From assembly GCF_004010195.1 (NCBI RefSeq), contig NC_057719.1, forward strand, positions 1,505,736 to 1,569,735: DNA of 64,000 bases, written 5' to 3'. The stretch comes from Chiloscyllium plagiosum. Taxonomy: Eukaryota. The position numbers and the translations under genes were made by a program. Positions 1 through 13,655 of the stretch are shown in pieces (position 1 is the stretch's first letter; each line of letters starts with the position of its first letter). Under the pieces are notes generated by a model. That model was given only the letters and a program-made list of their open reading frames with translations. It ran no database searches and was not told the DNA's origin.

Positions 1-204
1 GGCCTATCACCCTCACCTTGACCTCCCTCCACCTATCGCATTTCCAAAGCCCCTCCCCCAAGTCCCTCCTCCCTACCTTTTATCTTAGCCTGCTGGACAC
101 ACTTTCCTCATTCCTGAAGAAGGGCTTATGCCTGAAACGTCGATTCTCCTGTTCCTTGGATGCTGCCTGACCTGCTGCGCTTTTCCAGCAACACAATTTT
201 CAGC
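1..204 (+). mobile_element. Penelope-like element 3' end (family A) with minimal hammerhead motif
   Basis: C-rich 3' UTR, then CTGAAGA(114-120)-a-GGGC-ttat-GCCT-GAAA-CGTC and tail gattctcctgttccttggatgctgcctgacctgctgcgcttttccagcaacac. A closely related tail is joined to PLE ORF residue at 63262-63967. Confidence 0.8.
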
Positions 205-510
205 TTATTTTTCTTAGTGCAGAGGAAGTCGAGAGTGACTTAATAATGAGAGGCCTGGATAGAGTGGACCTAGCAGAGAGGTCAGTTACTCGGGGGCAGA
301 GATTTATTTATTCTAAAGAAGGGTCACTGGACCCGAAACATTAACTCTGCTTTGCCTCCACAGAAGCTGCCAGACCTACTGAGTTTTTCTAGCAATTTCT
401 GTTTTTGTTTCAGATTTCCAATGCAGTCTTGTTGGTTTACTAAGGTCATTGATAGAACGATTAGAGGGACGTGAGAAAATCTTTCATCGCCAGAGGGTGA
501 TGGATGTCTG
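205..510 (+). mobile_element. Decayed CR1 LINE 3' fragment, interrupted by a PLE terminus
   Basis: atgagaggcctggatagagtgga...ggggcagagattta|aggtcattg matches CR1 3' ORF2 motifs seen in other copies in the window. Confidence 0.6.
307..441 (+). mobile_element. PLE terminus mini-insertion (family C)
   Basis: ctaaaga-a-GGGTC-actg-GACCC-GAAA-cattaactctg...cagaagctgccagacctactgagtttttctagca. Confidence 0.75.
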
Positions 511-682
511 ATGTGTACTGCCCAGTTCATTGTGGCTGGTTTTCAAGTTTTGTTTACTTGTATTCCCATGAGCCCTCTTGTGCTGCTTTACTTTATGAAA
601 AACACTGTATAAATGCTGTCTAACTCTGTCATCAAAGAGTCCTAAGGTTAGTTGTGATGATGGTACTTGCTGAACTGATTGA

Positions 683-1060
683 TATGATTTGATGTGTTAT
701 TGTCACATGTACTGAGATACAGTGAAAAATATTGTATTGAATGCTACCTAGACAAGTTATACTTTACATAAGTACGTCAGGATAATAGAACAGAATGCAG
801 AATATAGTGTTACAGATACAGAGAAGTTTCAGGGAAAGATCAATTCTAATATGAGAGTTTCATTTATAAGTCTGGGGAAGAAGCTGTTCCCAAATCTGTT
901 GGTACGTGTTTTCAAACTTTTGTATCTTCTGCCTGATGGAAGAGCGTATAACCAGGTGGGAGGGGTCTTTGATGATTTTGGTTGCTTGCCCGAGACAGTG
1001 AGGCGCATAGGTGGAGTCAGTGGATGGAAGCCTGTTTTGTGTGTTGGGCTGGACTGCCAT
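683..1060 (-). mobile_element. Rex1/Babar-type LINE 3' end
   Basis: Minus ORF KIIKDPSH...RQKIQ and tail acatgtgacaataa resemble the end of the 31280-32580 copy. Confidence 0.65.
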
Positions 1061-1382
1061 TGAGATTGTTTCGAATCCCTACAGTGTGGAACCAGGCCCT
1101 TCGACCCAACAAGTCAACACAGACCCTCTGAAGAGTACCTCACCCAGACCCATTTCCCTACCCTACAATTTACCCTAAATAATGGGCAATTTAACATGGC
1201 CAATTCACTTAAAATGCACAACTTTTGGGTTGTGGGAAGAAACTGCAGCACCCGGAGGAAACCCACGCAAACACTGGGGGAATGTGCAAACTTCACACAG
1301 ACAGTTGCCCAAGGCTGGAATCGAACCCGGGTCACTGGTGCTGTGAGGCAACAATGCTAACCACTGAGCCACCATGCCGTCC
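1061..1382 (-). mobile_element. HE1-type tRNA-derived V-SINE
   Basis: Minus strand has A box tggctcagtgg, B box ggttcgattcc, V-domain gggtttcctccgggtgct and CR1-like tail. Confidence 0.9.
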
Positions 1383-2574
1383 AATTTAGCTCAGTTATTC
1401 AAAGTTTGGGTGAAGATTTGTTATGTGTGGGAGAGAAAAAAGAATGAGGAAGAGGGTGATTATTCAGAGATTTTGCTTGCTATCTGACCGGGTGCTGAAT
1501 TTACAATCAAAGTATTGAACAATAAGTAATTTCTAATGCAAACCAAAATGTTCCATACAGATAAATTCCACTGAGAAGATGTGATCTGGAAGGGAAACAT
1601 GTATTCAGCTCACATGCTGTACTGTTATTATTCACAGCATGTGGTTTTCCTTCCCAGAGATATCCTTATGAAACTGAGAACTGATGTCCATTTATTCTGG
1701 GTTCTTCCTGCAGCAGTTATCTTCAAAATAGTGTGAAATGTGGGAACAAAAATTCTCCTGGGTATAGCTTTTATTGACAAGGTGGTTTGCCAACTTGATT
1801 TCCCTGATTTTTCATTTTGCCTGGAATGCTAAATTAAAATTTTTAAAAATTGGGCATGGTTTTACTTTGTTGCATTAAATGGGAAAATTGATGCCTCTGT
1901 CCCTTTGCATTTGTGTGAGCATGTGTTGATTATGAAAAGACGTCTCCCTTTATTGCAGGAGTAAGCGTTCGTTCTTTCTGATTTGGAAAAGTGTGTGAAG
2001 ACAGCTGGGTTTGTGTGCATGTTACCCATTTTCATTTGCTCTGTGTAAGCAAGCGTTGGAGGCAGAGAGCTCTTCTTTTGTTTTTGGGGGAGGTTATGGG
2101 GTTGAATAATGCCTGCACTAGCTTCTTGTGCTAAGATAAGAGATGTGAGAAATTGCTATTCTGGCTGGCAGCCAAGCATGCCTGTTCAGAGTGGGCTGCT
2201 GATAACTCTGCCTACTCCAGTTTGATGTCTGCTTACTTGGCATTGAAACAAACTACTTCTGTTTACCCCCGTTTTCCTTTGAAAGCCTTTCCACCCATGG
2301 CATCGCATCCAGAAGGAACAATGGTCTCTTTGCTGTTGCTGCTGTTCCCAAGAACCTTGGGGCTGTGGTTTGTTCAGAATTGTTTCTGTTCTTGGGATGT
2401 GGCAACACTGACGCGGCCAGTGCTCGTTGTTTGTTCGGCTGGTCTTGCAAAGGTCGTGGAGAACTGTATTTGGAACTGCTGCTGTCTGTGGACCTCACAG
2501 AGCTGTTACAGTAGAGAAGGAGGCCATTCAACCATCAGTCACATTTCCATCCCCCCAAATCCTGTTGGTTCAAC

Positions 2575-2808
2575 AGACCAACAAGGTACAAGAGTAGACC
2601 ACAGAGCCCTACAACCCTGCTCTGCCATTCAATGAGATCATTGCTGATCTGATTTTAACCTCTGCTCTGCATTCCTGCATCTCCGATAATCTTTCACCCT
2701 CCCCCACCTCCAGGCTAATCAAGAATGTATCTACCTCTGCTTTAAAGATATTCGAAGATTCTGCATCCACTCGCTTTTGAGGAAGGCAGTATCAAAGACT
2801 TTCAGCTC
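2575..2808 (-). mobile_element. Old CR1 LINE 3' end
   Basis: ctgctctgccattcaatgagatcattgctgatct...tatctacctctgctttaaagatattc, the reverse complement of a CR1 3' UTR. Confidence 0.6.
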
Positions 2809-3133
2809 TAGAATCATGGAGTCTCTACAGTGCAGATAGAGGCCATTTGGCCCATTGAGTCTGCACTGACCCTCAGAAGAGCATCCCACCCAGACTCACC
2901 CTCTCCATCCCTGTATTTACCCATAGCTAATCCACATAGCCTACACATCCCTGGACACTATGAAACAATTTGGCATGGCCAGTCCAACTTACCTGCACAT
3001 CTTTGGACTGTGGGAGAAAACAGGAGCAAATGACGGAAATCCATGCAGACTTGGGGAGAATATGAAAACTCAAGGTCAGAAATGAGCCTGGTCCCTGTCA
3101 GTGTGAGGGAGCAGTGCTAATCACTGTGCCATC
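2809..3133 (-). mobile_element. Decayed HE1-type SINE
   Basis: Collinear with the 15959-16268 copy, with many substitutions. Confidence 0.8.
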
Positions 3134-3205
3134 AAACCCTTGGGAATAAAACCACTCCAAACTTAATTTCCTCAAGAACGAGGTGTACAGGGATTTCAAG
3201 TCCAA

Positions 3206-3486
3206 CCTTCCAAGTCGTCACTGCCTCCTGACTTGTCCATTTTCGTTCCCACCTATCTGCTCCACCCTCCTCTCCAACCTATCACTTTCACCTACCTATC
3301 GCACTCTCAGCTATCTTCCCCCCCCCCATCCCCCCAGCCCCACCTGCACCCCCCTCCCATTTATTTCTGAGCCCCTGTGGGCCACCTCCTCATTCCTGAT
3401 GTAGAGCTCATGTTCGAAACGCGATCCTCCTGCTTCTCGGATGTTACCTGACCAGCTGTGCTTTTCCAGCACCACAATCTTCCACT
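3206..3486 (+). mobile_element. PLE 3' UTR and terminus with degenerate hammerhead
   Basis: cccacctatctgctccaccctcctctcc...cctgatgtagagctcatgttcgaaacgc...gctgtgcttttccagcacc. Confidence 0.75.
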
Positions 3487-4360
3487 TTATTACCTTACCC
3501 AGTAAATTATTTTGAGAAACTTTCCAAAACATCATAATAAGTTAATTATTGACTCATAGAATGATGTAGCAAGAGGAGAGCTGTTGTATCTGTATTGACT
3601 CTTGTGCACTGCTATGTGTAGATTTGTGTGATATAGGAGGCAATCTTTGGGTAAAGAAAATTCTTTGGAATTTCCACTGGATTTCTTTGTACGTTCAAGA
3701 TGGTCATCAGGCTGTGCTATTCCTCTCAAGTTTTGACTGGGATCAAAACCCTGGAGCTCCCTCCTCGCAGCACTGGGTGGCCTGACCGCAAGGACTGCAT
3801 AAGCTGTGTCTTTGGTCTTGTTATAGCAGTTAATAATGTCTTTGTATTAGCTCAACAACCCTTGGTTCAAGAGGGTAAAATGAGTAGTCACCTTTGGTTA
3901 TCCCTGACTCCTATGATTTTTGTTTTCTTATTGGAGTAGCTAGTCAGTTCCTTGTGTGGTTCTGGGCTTGTTTCCACTATTCAAGAAAAGCAGGAAGATT
4001 TTTCCAGTATCCTCGCTAATATAATTTCTCTCACCCACCAATAAGAGGGAAATACAGATTTACTAGGCACTTTGTGTAAAGTGGCTGTCACATTAGCATC
4101 CTGTATGGTTTCATAACCACTTTATCCACCTGTCCTACTCTTTTAATAAACTTCAAACTTAAGTGCTCTTGCTGAGTTTATACGTCACTTGTCGACATTG
4201 GTCACCTCTTAACAGCTACGATGTTAAAGAAAATAGTAAAAATCCATAACAGATCTGAAGCTATTCACCTATTGTAAAGGTCTAAAACAAAGGGATTATG
4301 ATGTTGGGCAGTGCTGTTTGGTTAGCTTACTAGTCTGAAGACACTAGCATCATTTGACGT

Positions 4361-4556
4361 AAAAACCAAAAGGACTGTGGATGCTGTAAATTAGTAACTA
4401 AAATAGAAATAGCGGCAAAGCTCAGCAGGTTTGGCAGCATCTGTGGAGAGAAATCAGAGTTAACAGTTTGAATCGAGTGAAGGTCACTCTGATTTCTCTC
4501 CACAGATGCTGCCAGACCTGCTGAGCTTTTCCAGAAATTTCTGTTTTTGTTTTAAA
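4361..4556. mobile_element. PLE-derived hairpin mini-element (family C)
   Basis: Arms ctcagcaggtttggcagcatctgtggagagaaatcagagt / actctgatttctctccacagatgctgccagacctgctgag. TSD catcatttga(c/t)gt at 4348-4360 and 4557-4569. Confidence 0.85.
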
Positions 4557-5221
4557 CATCATTTGATGTGTTGTTTGGTGCAAGCTAACAATTAACACCA
4601 CTCTGTTACCTTCCACCCTTACATAATTAAGTTTAATGGTTTAGTTAAGTAACTAAAATTCTAAAATTAATTACCATGAAAATATTAAACTTATCTCGAG
4701 TTAGTTGAACAGTGATAAATTTTAAACCTATTAATATTAAAATAACAATTGTAAAGCCTGTATTTTGCTTGGGTGGTTAGCCATTTAGTTGTCACTGAAA
4801 ACCTGCAGAAGTTCCAGCATTAAGGAGATTGCCCAAGGCACTTGAGATAAGCAAACGATTGATACCTTTGAATGCCCAGATGATTCATGAGAATGCTACT
4901 CAGTTCCATTTTCCCTGGCATCCATCACGAAACTAAAAAAGGCAAGCTCTGAGCCACCCATCAATAGAATAGAATAACAATTTATTGTCATTTGTATTTA
5001 TGAAAATATAGTGAGATGTATAAATCACCACAATTCAGCACAATTGTAATTACAAAAAGAAATAATTGAGACAAAATTAGGACAAAGTTTATCTTTTATT
5101 CCCTGCATGGTTTCTGCGTTTCTGAAGTGGCTACAGGACTCCGTCGCAGAAGCTGCTCCTGAGGCCACCAAAGCAAGGGTTTCCAGACAAGACCCACACT
5201 ATCACTGCTAACTTCTTGCGA

Positions 5222-5985
5222 GAAGAGGTCGAGTAATTTGGGCTTGTACCAATGGAGTTTAGGAGAATGAGAGGGCCACCTTATTGAACCATAAAAGATT
5301 CTTAGGAGACTTGACGGTACATGCACAGAGTTTGTTCTCCATTGTGAGAAAGTCTAAGACCAGAAGGCATAATCTCAGAGTAAGAAGTTGCTTGTTTAAG
5401 ACTTGAGAAGTATTGTTGTTTAAGAATAAATGCAGTGATGGGGCATCCAGAACTAGGTGTCACAGTCTAAAGACTTGGGGTAAACTATTTAAGACCAAGG
5501 GATCAAATGATGTGGGGGGATAAATAGGAACAGGCTTTTGAGTTGGATGATCAGTTATAATCGTAAGGAGTGGCAGAGCAGACTGGAAGGAAGGAATGAC
5601 CTATTCATCCTCATAGAATTGCTACAGTATGGAAACAGGCCATTTTGTCCAACAAGTCCACACCGTCCCTCCGAAGAGTAACCCATCCAGACTCATTCCC
5701 CTAACCTATCACTCTACATTTCCCATGACTAATGCATCTAATTTACACATCCCTGAATGCTATGGGCAATTTAACATGCCCAATCCACCCTAACCTACAT
5801 ATCTTTGGGAGGAAACCCCACGGAGCACCTGGAGAAAGCCATGCAGACAAGGGATAGAATGTGCAAACTCCACACAGACTGTCGCCAGAGGCTCGAATCG
5901 AACCCAGTCCCTGGTGCTGTGAGGCAGCAGTGCTAAACACTGAGCCACCATGTCGCCCTATTCTTGCTCCTATTTCCTGTATATC
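5222..5985 (+). mobile_element. Decayed CR1 3' fragment(s), interrupted by a SINE
   Basis: ggagtttaggagaatgagagggccaccttattgaa...ggatgatcag...ctattcttgctcctatttc. Confidence 0.65.
5611..5959 (-). mobile_element. HE1-type SINE
   Basis: Full length with A/B boxes and V-domain on the minus strand. Confidence 0.9.
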
Positions 5986-6054
5986 TAGACTTTTTTTGCC
6001 CTCTGACTTGTGGTCTTAATCCCAATACATGCCTTTATAAAACATTTGGCCCCT

Positions 6055-6660
6055 GAATCCTGCTCTACCAGTCATATGATTGTGGCTGATTATTGAACTC
6101 AATACCCTAATCTTGGAACCCCCAATTCCCTTGCTTCCTTTAGCCAGAAAAGCTATGCTTACTTCCTCATTGAAAACACAATGCTTTGGCCTCAACCACT
6201 TTGTAGTTTGAATTCCACAGGCTTGCCACTCCAAAGGTAAAGAAATTTCTCCTCACTTCAGTTCAAAAAGGTTTACTTCTTTTCCTTCAGCCTGATTCTG
6301 GACTCCCCACCAATAGGAACATCCTTCCTGCATCTAATCTAGTCATATGATAATTTTATCGGCTTCTGAGGTCCACCACGCATTCTTCTGAGCTCTTATG
6401 AATACATCCCTAACTGATTAAACTCCTCAGTTAAACTCCTGCCATCCCAGGAATCAATTAGGTAAATATCTGCTGCATTCCCTCTTTGGAGAGAGCATCT
6501 TTCATTGGATAAGTAGAGTAAAACTGAGCACAATATTCCAAGCATGGCCTCACTAAAGCCTCATCAAAGTATAATTGCAGTGAGACATTCTCGTTCTTAT
6601 ACTCGATTCCTCTTGCTATGAAGGTCAACGTACAGTTTGCCTTCTTTCCCGCTGCTGCAC
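6055..6660 (-). mobile_element. CR1 LINE 3' fragment
   Basis: Minus ORF KKANCTLTFIARGIEYK...LVRPCLEYCAQF, the CR1 ORF2 C-terminal motif. Confidence 0.85.
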
Positions 6661-6904
6661 CCATGTGCTCCCTGGAGCTGTGACACATCGGTGCTGAAAC
6701 ATATTGAGCGTTGAGGAATCTCTTTCAGAGTTGTACCCTAACACTGCAGGTCTGGGATTAACACCAACTCTCTTCTAAGATAATCTAGTTCACTATATAC
6801 TGCCCTGCACAGGGATATGTCTATACATCCATCTTCATCCAAAGACTCCTCAGAATTGCTCTAAACTTAAAAGTAAATCTAGCAAAAAAACCTAAATTAT
6901 GGGT

Positions 6905-7102
6905 TAAAAACTGAAAGAACTGCGGATGCTGTAAATAAGAAACAAAAACAGAACCTGCTGGAAAAGCTCTGCGGGCCTGGCAGCATCTGTGGAGAGAAAT
7001 CAGAGTTCTGAGGAAGGGTCATTCGAACTGAAACATTAACTCTGACTTTTCTCCACAGATGCTGCCAGACCTGAGTTTTTCCAGCAATTTCTGTTCATGT
7101 TA
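6905..7102. mobile_element. PLE-derived hairpin mini-element (family C)
   Basis: Inverted arms around CTGAGGA (7008-7014). Perfect TSD ctaaattatgggt at 6892-6904 and 7103-7115. Confidence 0.88.
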
Positions 7103-7479
7103 CTAAATTATGGGTGTTTCTCTTTAAGCTCAAAATCAAACAGGTGCCAGAAATCTCTAACAAACCTTGAGGACCTATTATTTACCTTGCTGGGTCACAA
7201 ATCAATCTAAGGTAAACAAAAATCCATCTAGGGTGCGCAGATTCAGGTGCTAGGCCTCAAAATTTGTTTAAATAAATCACCATGGCTACAGAAATACATG
7301 CAATTTAATTATTACATTGCGACACACACAAACCCACTGATTACTAACTTAAAAACCAAAAGCCAAAACTTAGAATTAATGTATAGAAATCCCACAGCTT
7401 ACATCACAACATAAATATAGATTTTGCAATTTGGGTATAGGAATGACCTGTGAACTGCTTAAGTAGAGAGCAGCATATG

Positions 7480-7785
7480 GTAAAGTGTCTGTTAATAATA
7501 ACAATGAGACAATAGGAGATGTAATAAAAAAAGTCAAAGACAGACGCACCCATCACTGCATGGTAGCATTACTTGTACACTGGCCTGATGCCTACAATGG
7601 CTTAACAAGCTCAAAGCAGCAATACTCAAGGTCATTTGGTAGATTCATGTATGAAACCTGTGGCAAAACTTGGCCATCAAGGATTGCCCTTCACATCCAT
7701 CAGTGAAGGTGTCTGTTATAAAGATACCCCGTATGGATCTGATGGATTGATTGTTGCAATCCTTCGATGACAGAAGAAAGACCTG
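7480..7785 (+). mobile_element. RTE-clade LINE 3' end (decayed)
   Basis: TCGKTWPSRIALHIHQ resembles the RTE C-terminal CxxCG...RIGLxSH motif. Confidence 0.55.
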
Positions 7786-8507
7786 AAAGGAACGGCTGTT
7801 GGCAAAGCTGTTTAATTGCTCCCAGCCCTCCAGTGATTGTGAATGAAAGACCTTCAACTAATTGCAGCCAGTAATCCTAATTTGTTTCTGTTGTCATTCA
7901 GTCCTTAATTGTAGTGTGTGAAGAGTAGCCAATGTGAAACCATTTTTGCATTACAGGGATAGTGGCTTCTGGCTAATCTTCGTGCTATGATCAAAGAATG
8001 GATCTCAATCAGATCACTGGAAAGGAGTTGAACAGGAGCTGTTCAAAGATAAAAGCACCTTGCAGTGCTTTATTATTGTAATGGGTTCTGTTTGAAGTGC
8101 AGAACGATTCCACAATGCACTGGGCTAAACTGTTTACATTACTATGTCAAAGCAGATGGTGACGCCCTTGTATTTTAGGCAAAATCTGCTTGTACAGCTG
8201 ATTAGAGCATTGAGGGTGAAGAATGACTTAATGTGCCTGTAACTAGCTGCTTAGCTCAGAGAGTGGTTGCAATGTCGAACATTCTACAACAAAGAGTGAC
8301 AAATATGATTAGTATTTAGGGAGAGGTACATGAGGTGGTGGAGTGGTATAGAAGGTCTAATTGGTATAAAGTGGGAGGAGTGCCTGTGTGGACTTCTGTG
8401 CTGAATGGTCTAATTCTGGGATGTCATAATTGTATGTAAACATAGGGAATTTTAAAACTCTGCCTGAATCTGAGATGGCTGTTGGCTGTCCTGGGTTAGT
8501 CATGGTG

Positions 8508-8637
8508 AGGAGAAAGTGAGGTCTGCAGATGCTGGAGATCAGAGATGGAAATGTGTTGCTGGAAAAGCGCAGCAGGTCAGGCAGCATCTAGGGAACAGGA
8601 GAATCGACGTTTCGGGCATTAGCCCTCCTTCAGGAGA
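8508..8637 (-). mobile_element. PLE terminus mini-insertion (family A)
   Basis: Same outer end (gagaaagtgagg) as 23587 and 42141; the inner end is at the hammerhead core. Confidence 0.85.
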
Positions 8638-10912
8638 ATTTGCTAAGGTGTTGGCTGTTTTCATTTGTCAGCTGGTGTTCTATCCTGCGTTGGAAAGTCT
8701 TACTGCTAATTGTACATCATTGGCTGGGTGGGGGGTAGAAACACTTCTGGAGTTGTGAAAGGAGCCATATAAATACAAGTCCTTTTTTCTTAAACACAGT
8801 GTTAAAAAAGCTCAGATCATCAGGATTGTCTCCCTGTTTTTGAATGACTAAGACTAGTGATGACATGTCTGTGAGCCCATTATGGTCTAAAACTGAGACC
8901 AAGGGGACCCACATTCTTGATGCTGAATACCAGGAGCATAATGAGCATTGCCCTAAAAAATGCAGAGTTTTTAAATATAGTTTTTGCCGTTTGAAGTACT
9001 AAAGAATTCTTGAAGCACACTAATGCACTCCATATTTTGATTTGAAAGTGTATGTTGTACAGATTTAATCATAATGACACCAATTTTCATGGGAACACAA
9101 GCTGTCTAGTGTTTTCCCAGAGTATGCCTTACTAAGAATTGCTTCCCCTGGGGCAGATTGTATGGAGCATAGCAGTTTTTGCAGAGTCCTTCCCACAGAG
9201 GGTTGCACCAGCTGGGCTAAATTTAACACAAGGGTCAGTCCTCTGGAAACTAAGGTTAACACTTCCGCACTTGTAGATGGTGGTAAAACATAGCCAGCAG
9301 GTTTACATACAGTGGAGGCTCTCTTATTGGAAGAATGCTAAACAGTGAAATATCACTTTTATCCATTCCTAAACATTTTGAGGAAAATAATTCAGAAAAC
9401 TTTCCAGTACAGGCTTGCGATAGAAGCATTGTCTATTTTATTCGACTTCTGAAGAAAATGATGACAGTGAATAAATATTAAACTGAGTAGATTTTCCACT
9501 TTGAATGCAGTTGGGTTAGGTTACTGTTTGTATTTCTACTAAAGTTCATTTGAATAATCACAAAGTTTAAACTTTCCACAAACCTGTACAGTTGAGCAAT
9601 GTAATAGAAGGAATTGTAATAAGGGAACTATAAGTCTTTATTTTCTCTTTCCATTTAAAAAGCATCCCTTGATGTATTTCAGTGGGAACCTGGTGAATTT
9701 CACGAATATGGCTGAAAATAGTTCTTTCAGCAGAATTGACCTATGTGTTCAGTCCTCCACTGTAATCCATTTGCATACAACATTCTCCAAATCTTTTATA
9801 CTATTCTGGTGGATTCTGTCTGGATTGTGTTGATGTCCCCTGTTGTCAATGTGGCAGTAATATATTCCAGATCACCTTGATTCTCTCTGCCTTCAGCAGG
9901 CTGTTGTTACTTTGAATAAACAGTTTCAAAAGTTCCATTTCATGACCAATTTTCATAGAATCATGCTCCACAGAGGGAGTCTATTCAGCCCACTGAGCCT
10001 TTGCCAGCTCTTTTAAAAGAGCTATTCAGTGCGTCTCCATCTCCTTGCTCTTTCCTTGGATGTTTTAAGTAGAGGTCTGACTTGCTTTTGCAAATTATAA
10101 ATACTTCTGCCCACCCTTTCATGCAAAGCATGATAATTCTGACGTATTTTCAAAGAGTTGTAGTGATGTTGTAAGAGTTTCCACGTTTATTAAAAATTCG
10201 CCAAGAGCTTTGCTCTGAAATACCAGTAAGGAAAACGGGAACCAAACTTAGTTTTTGGTTTACATTCCAGTCAGGCCAGTCAAAAACTGAGTAGTCCAGT
10301 CTTATAGTTGTTAAACGAACCCAGCTCAAATTTTAATCAGTCCTCCCCAAAAAAGCAACCGTTCTTGATGTGAGCTTAATTGATTTGAGCTTTCATCTAT
10401 CAGTAACTGTCTCTGAGAATTCTGTCTGCTTGCTTGTTAATCTGATAAAAATCTCAAGTAAATCCCATTGTCCAGGTGCAAGTCTGTTAAAATTGGAATT
10501 TTACTGTGTTTAATCAAAAGATTGTTCTTTTCAGAGACTGGGAGCTTTTGGTATGCTGTTCCCTTGTGTGTTTGAATCCAGTAACTAACAATGATGCTTT
10601 GTGCTTTACAGTTAGTAAATTGTATTTTCCTCATGAATGTGCTTTTCTACCTGCTTTTCTCATCAATTTTCTGCCCTGTACTGCAGGGGCAGATTGTTGC
10701 AGCACCTAATTATCTTGTTTGACCTGCATAAATAGTTCTCAAGGTTTGCTCAGTGGAGTCTTAATGTTGACCGTGTTGTTCAGAGCCAGGCCTGAAATCA
10801 TTCCTATCTTTTCAGTTTTCTCACTCCTTTCCATTATTAGCAGCGGCTGGTCAGGATTGGAAACTTTCCTAGAGCAATCCTCGACCAGGAGATGAGAGTG
10901 ATGTTCTTAACC

Positions 10913-11225
10913 AGAGGCGGGCAATGGCCTAGTGGTGTTATCACTGGTATTAGTCCAGAAACCCAGATAGTGTCTGGGGACCCAGGTTCAAACCCAGGTT
11001 GAATTCAAATGATGAAATTTGAATTCAAACGAAATCTGTGGTGACCATGAAACTGTTGCCAGTTATTGCTAAAACCCATCTGATTCGCTAATGTCCTTTA
11101 GTGAAGGTAACCTGCCATCCTTACCTACATATGACTCCAGACCCACAGCAATGCGATTGCTTCTTAATTGCCAATTAATACTGGCTTGGCCAGTGATGTG
11201 CAGATCCCATGAATGAACAAGAAAG
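10913..11225 (+). mobile_element. tRNA-derived SINE (second family)
   Basis: A box tggcctagtgg, B box ggttcaaaccc, tail gccagtgatgtgcagatcccatgaatgaa. Related copies at 16710, 24230 and 37610. Confidence 0.75.
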
Positions 11226-12095
11226 AATAACCTCAATTTGATCCAATTTTTGGTTTTTGAATTGCAGCTTGAACCAAGACCTGACAGTCACTAATACAGT
11301 GATTTAGCATCTATTGGTGTTGGGGCACATGTTGAATCACCCGTGCAGCATAGCAACTAAATAAACTGTGAATTACAGCAAATCTAGGTTAGATCCACTC
11401 AGTCAAATTCCTATTCATGGAATTATGTCACAATCTGCATTAAACTGCACGTACTGCACACACCATTGTATTGGTGTCATCAGTTGGGATGTTCCCTGTG
11501 GTTGTATAGTCTGTCTTCTGTTGAGGCTGGCCTTTATACCCATAGTCACGTGGAGGAAATGCCAGAAGGTAGCTGGCATCTGGGGTGAGTTAGGCCATTG
11601 TTCTGAATGAGAAGACGCAGTGTGAAAAAATGGGAGAGAGATGACCTGAGCTGGAGCACATACACAACTAATTCAACTGCTCTCAAGTAACTTGAATGAA
11701 TAGAACAGCTGATTTTAAATGGCATTTGTTTTGATGTCTTACAGCACCCACGTCACGGCTACTTCGTGTGTGGGGTACTAATGGTATTGTGTGTGCAGGA
11801 TATTTGTGTTTCACTTGGTTCTGACTGGATCTAATCTCAATTCCTCTTCTTTTTGAACAAAAGTTTATCTAGTTGTTTCCTGTTTATTGTACCTAAATAG
11901 TACAACACGCATTCAATTTGTCTATCCCATATCCCTGAAATATTGTCCTCGTTCATCATCATTTTGATTACAAGGAGATGGATGCCTTGATGCAATTATG
12001 CAGGGACTTGGTGAGACCACACCTGGGGTATTGTGTGCAGTTTTGATCTCCTTATCTGAGCAAAGATGTTCTTGCTATAGAGAGAGTGCAGCAAA

Positions 12096-12184
12096 CTGAT
12101 GAAGGGCTTTTGCCCGAAACGTCGATTTCGAAGCTCCTCGGATGCTGCCTGAATTGCTGTGCTCTTCCAGCACCACTGATCCAA
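12096..12184 (+). mobile_element. PLE terminus mini-insertion (family B) starting exactly at the hammerhead core
   Basis: CTGATGA-a-GGGC-tttt-GCCC-GAAA-CGTC. TSD agt(g/a)cagcaaa at 12085-12095 and 12185-12195. Confidence 0.9.
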
Positions 12185-12646
12185 AGTACAGCAAAGGTTT
12201 ACCAGATGGTTTCCATGAGATTGGGGGACTGATATAGAACATAGAACATTACAGCGCAGTACAGGCCCTTCGGCCCTCGATGTTGTGCCGACCTGTCATA
12301 ACAATCTGAAGCCCATCCCACCTACACTATTCCATGTATGTCCATATGCTTGTCCAATGACGACTTAAATGTACTTAAAGTTGGCGAATCTACTACCGTT
12401 GCAGGCAAAGCATTCCATACCCTTACTACCTCTGACATCTGTCCTATATCTATCACCCCTCAATTTAAAGCTATGCCTCCTTGTGCTCGCCGTCACCATA
12501 CTTGGAAAAAGGCCCTCCCTGTCCACCCTATCTAACCCTCTGATTATCTTATGTCTCTGTTAAGTCACCTCTCAACCTTCTTCTCTCTAATGAAAACAGC
12601 CTCAAGTCCATCAGCCTTTCCTCGTAAGACCTTCCCTCCATATCAG

Positions 12647-12805
12647 AGCTGAAAATGTGTTGCTGGAAAAGCACAGCAGGTCAGGCAGCATCCAAGGAAC
12701 ATGAGAATCGACATTTCGGGCGTAAGCCCTTCTTCTGTTCCTTGGATTCTCCTGTTCCTTGGATGCTGCCTGACCTGCTGCGCTTTTCCAGCAACACATT
12801 TTCAG
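12647..12805. mobile_element. PLE-derived hairpin mini-element (family A)
   Basis: Inverted arms; perfect 16 bp TSD cttccctccatatcag at 12631-12646 and 12806-12821. Confidence 0.9.
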
Positions 12806-13408
12806 CTTCCCTCCATATCAGGCAACTTCCTAGTAAATTTCCTTTGCACCCTTTCCAAAGCTTCCACATCCTTCTTATAATAAGATGACCAGAACTGTAC
12901 ACAATATTCCAAGTGCGGCCGCACCAGAATTTTGTACAGCTGCAGTATAATGTCCAGGTTCCGGAACTCGATCCCTCTATTAATAAAAGCTAAAATACTG
13001 TATGCCTTCTTAACAGCCCTGTCAACCTGGATGGCAACTTTCAAGGATCTGTGTACATGGACACTGAGATCTCTCTGCTCATCTACACTACCAAGAATCT
13101 TACCATTAGCCCAGTACTTTGCATTCCGGTTACTCCAACCAAAGTGAATCACCTCACACTTGTCCGCATTAAACTCCATTTGCCACCTCTCAGCCCAGCT
13201 CTGCATCCTATCTATGTCTCTCTAACCATAACATTCTTCATCACTATCCACATCTCCACCGACCTTAGTGTCGCCTGCAAATTTACTAACCTACCTTTCT
13301 ATGCCCTCATCCAGGCCATTTATAAAAATGACGAACAGCAGTGGACCCAACACTGACCCTTGCGGTACACCACTGGTAACTGGACTCCAGGATGAACATT
13401 TCCCATCA

Positions 13409-13655
13409 CAAAAAGACACGACCCTCTCTCCCTCGTAGCCCTACACACGGATGAAAGAAGCCACCACATCTATCCTGGGGCAGGCTAAGCAAAGGCATGC
13501 CAGAGAATTCCTAGAGGCCTGGCACTCCAACCACAGCGCCATAAACAAACACACAGATTTAGATGCCATCTATCAACTCTCAGAAAACGAACAGGAAATG
13601 ACATCACCACAAACCCCAGGAACCCCATCCAGCTCAGCGAGCAAACCTACACCCT
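13409..13655 (+). mobile_element. Poseidon-type PLE fragment (GIY-YIG C-terminal region)
   Basis: TSILGQAKQRHAREFLEAWHSNHSAINKH; flanked by atttcccatca on both sides. Confidence 0.8.

Noticed and set aside
2153..2635. 160 aa ORF
   Set aside because: Non-ATG start, no recognisable domain, runs into a CR1 remnant; likely a chance ORF.
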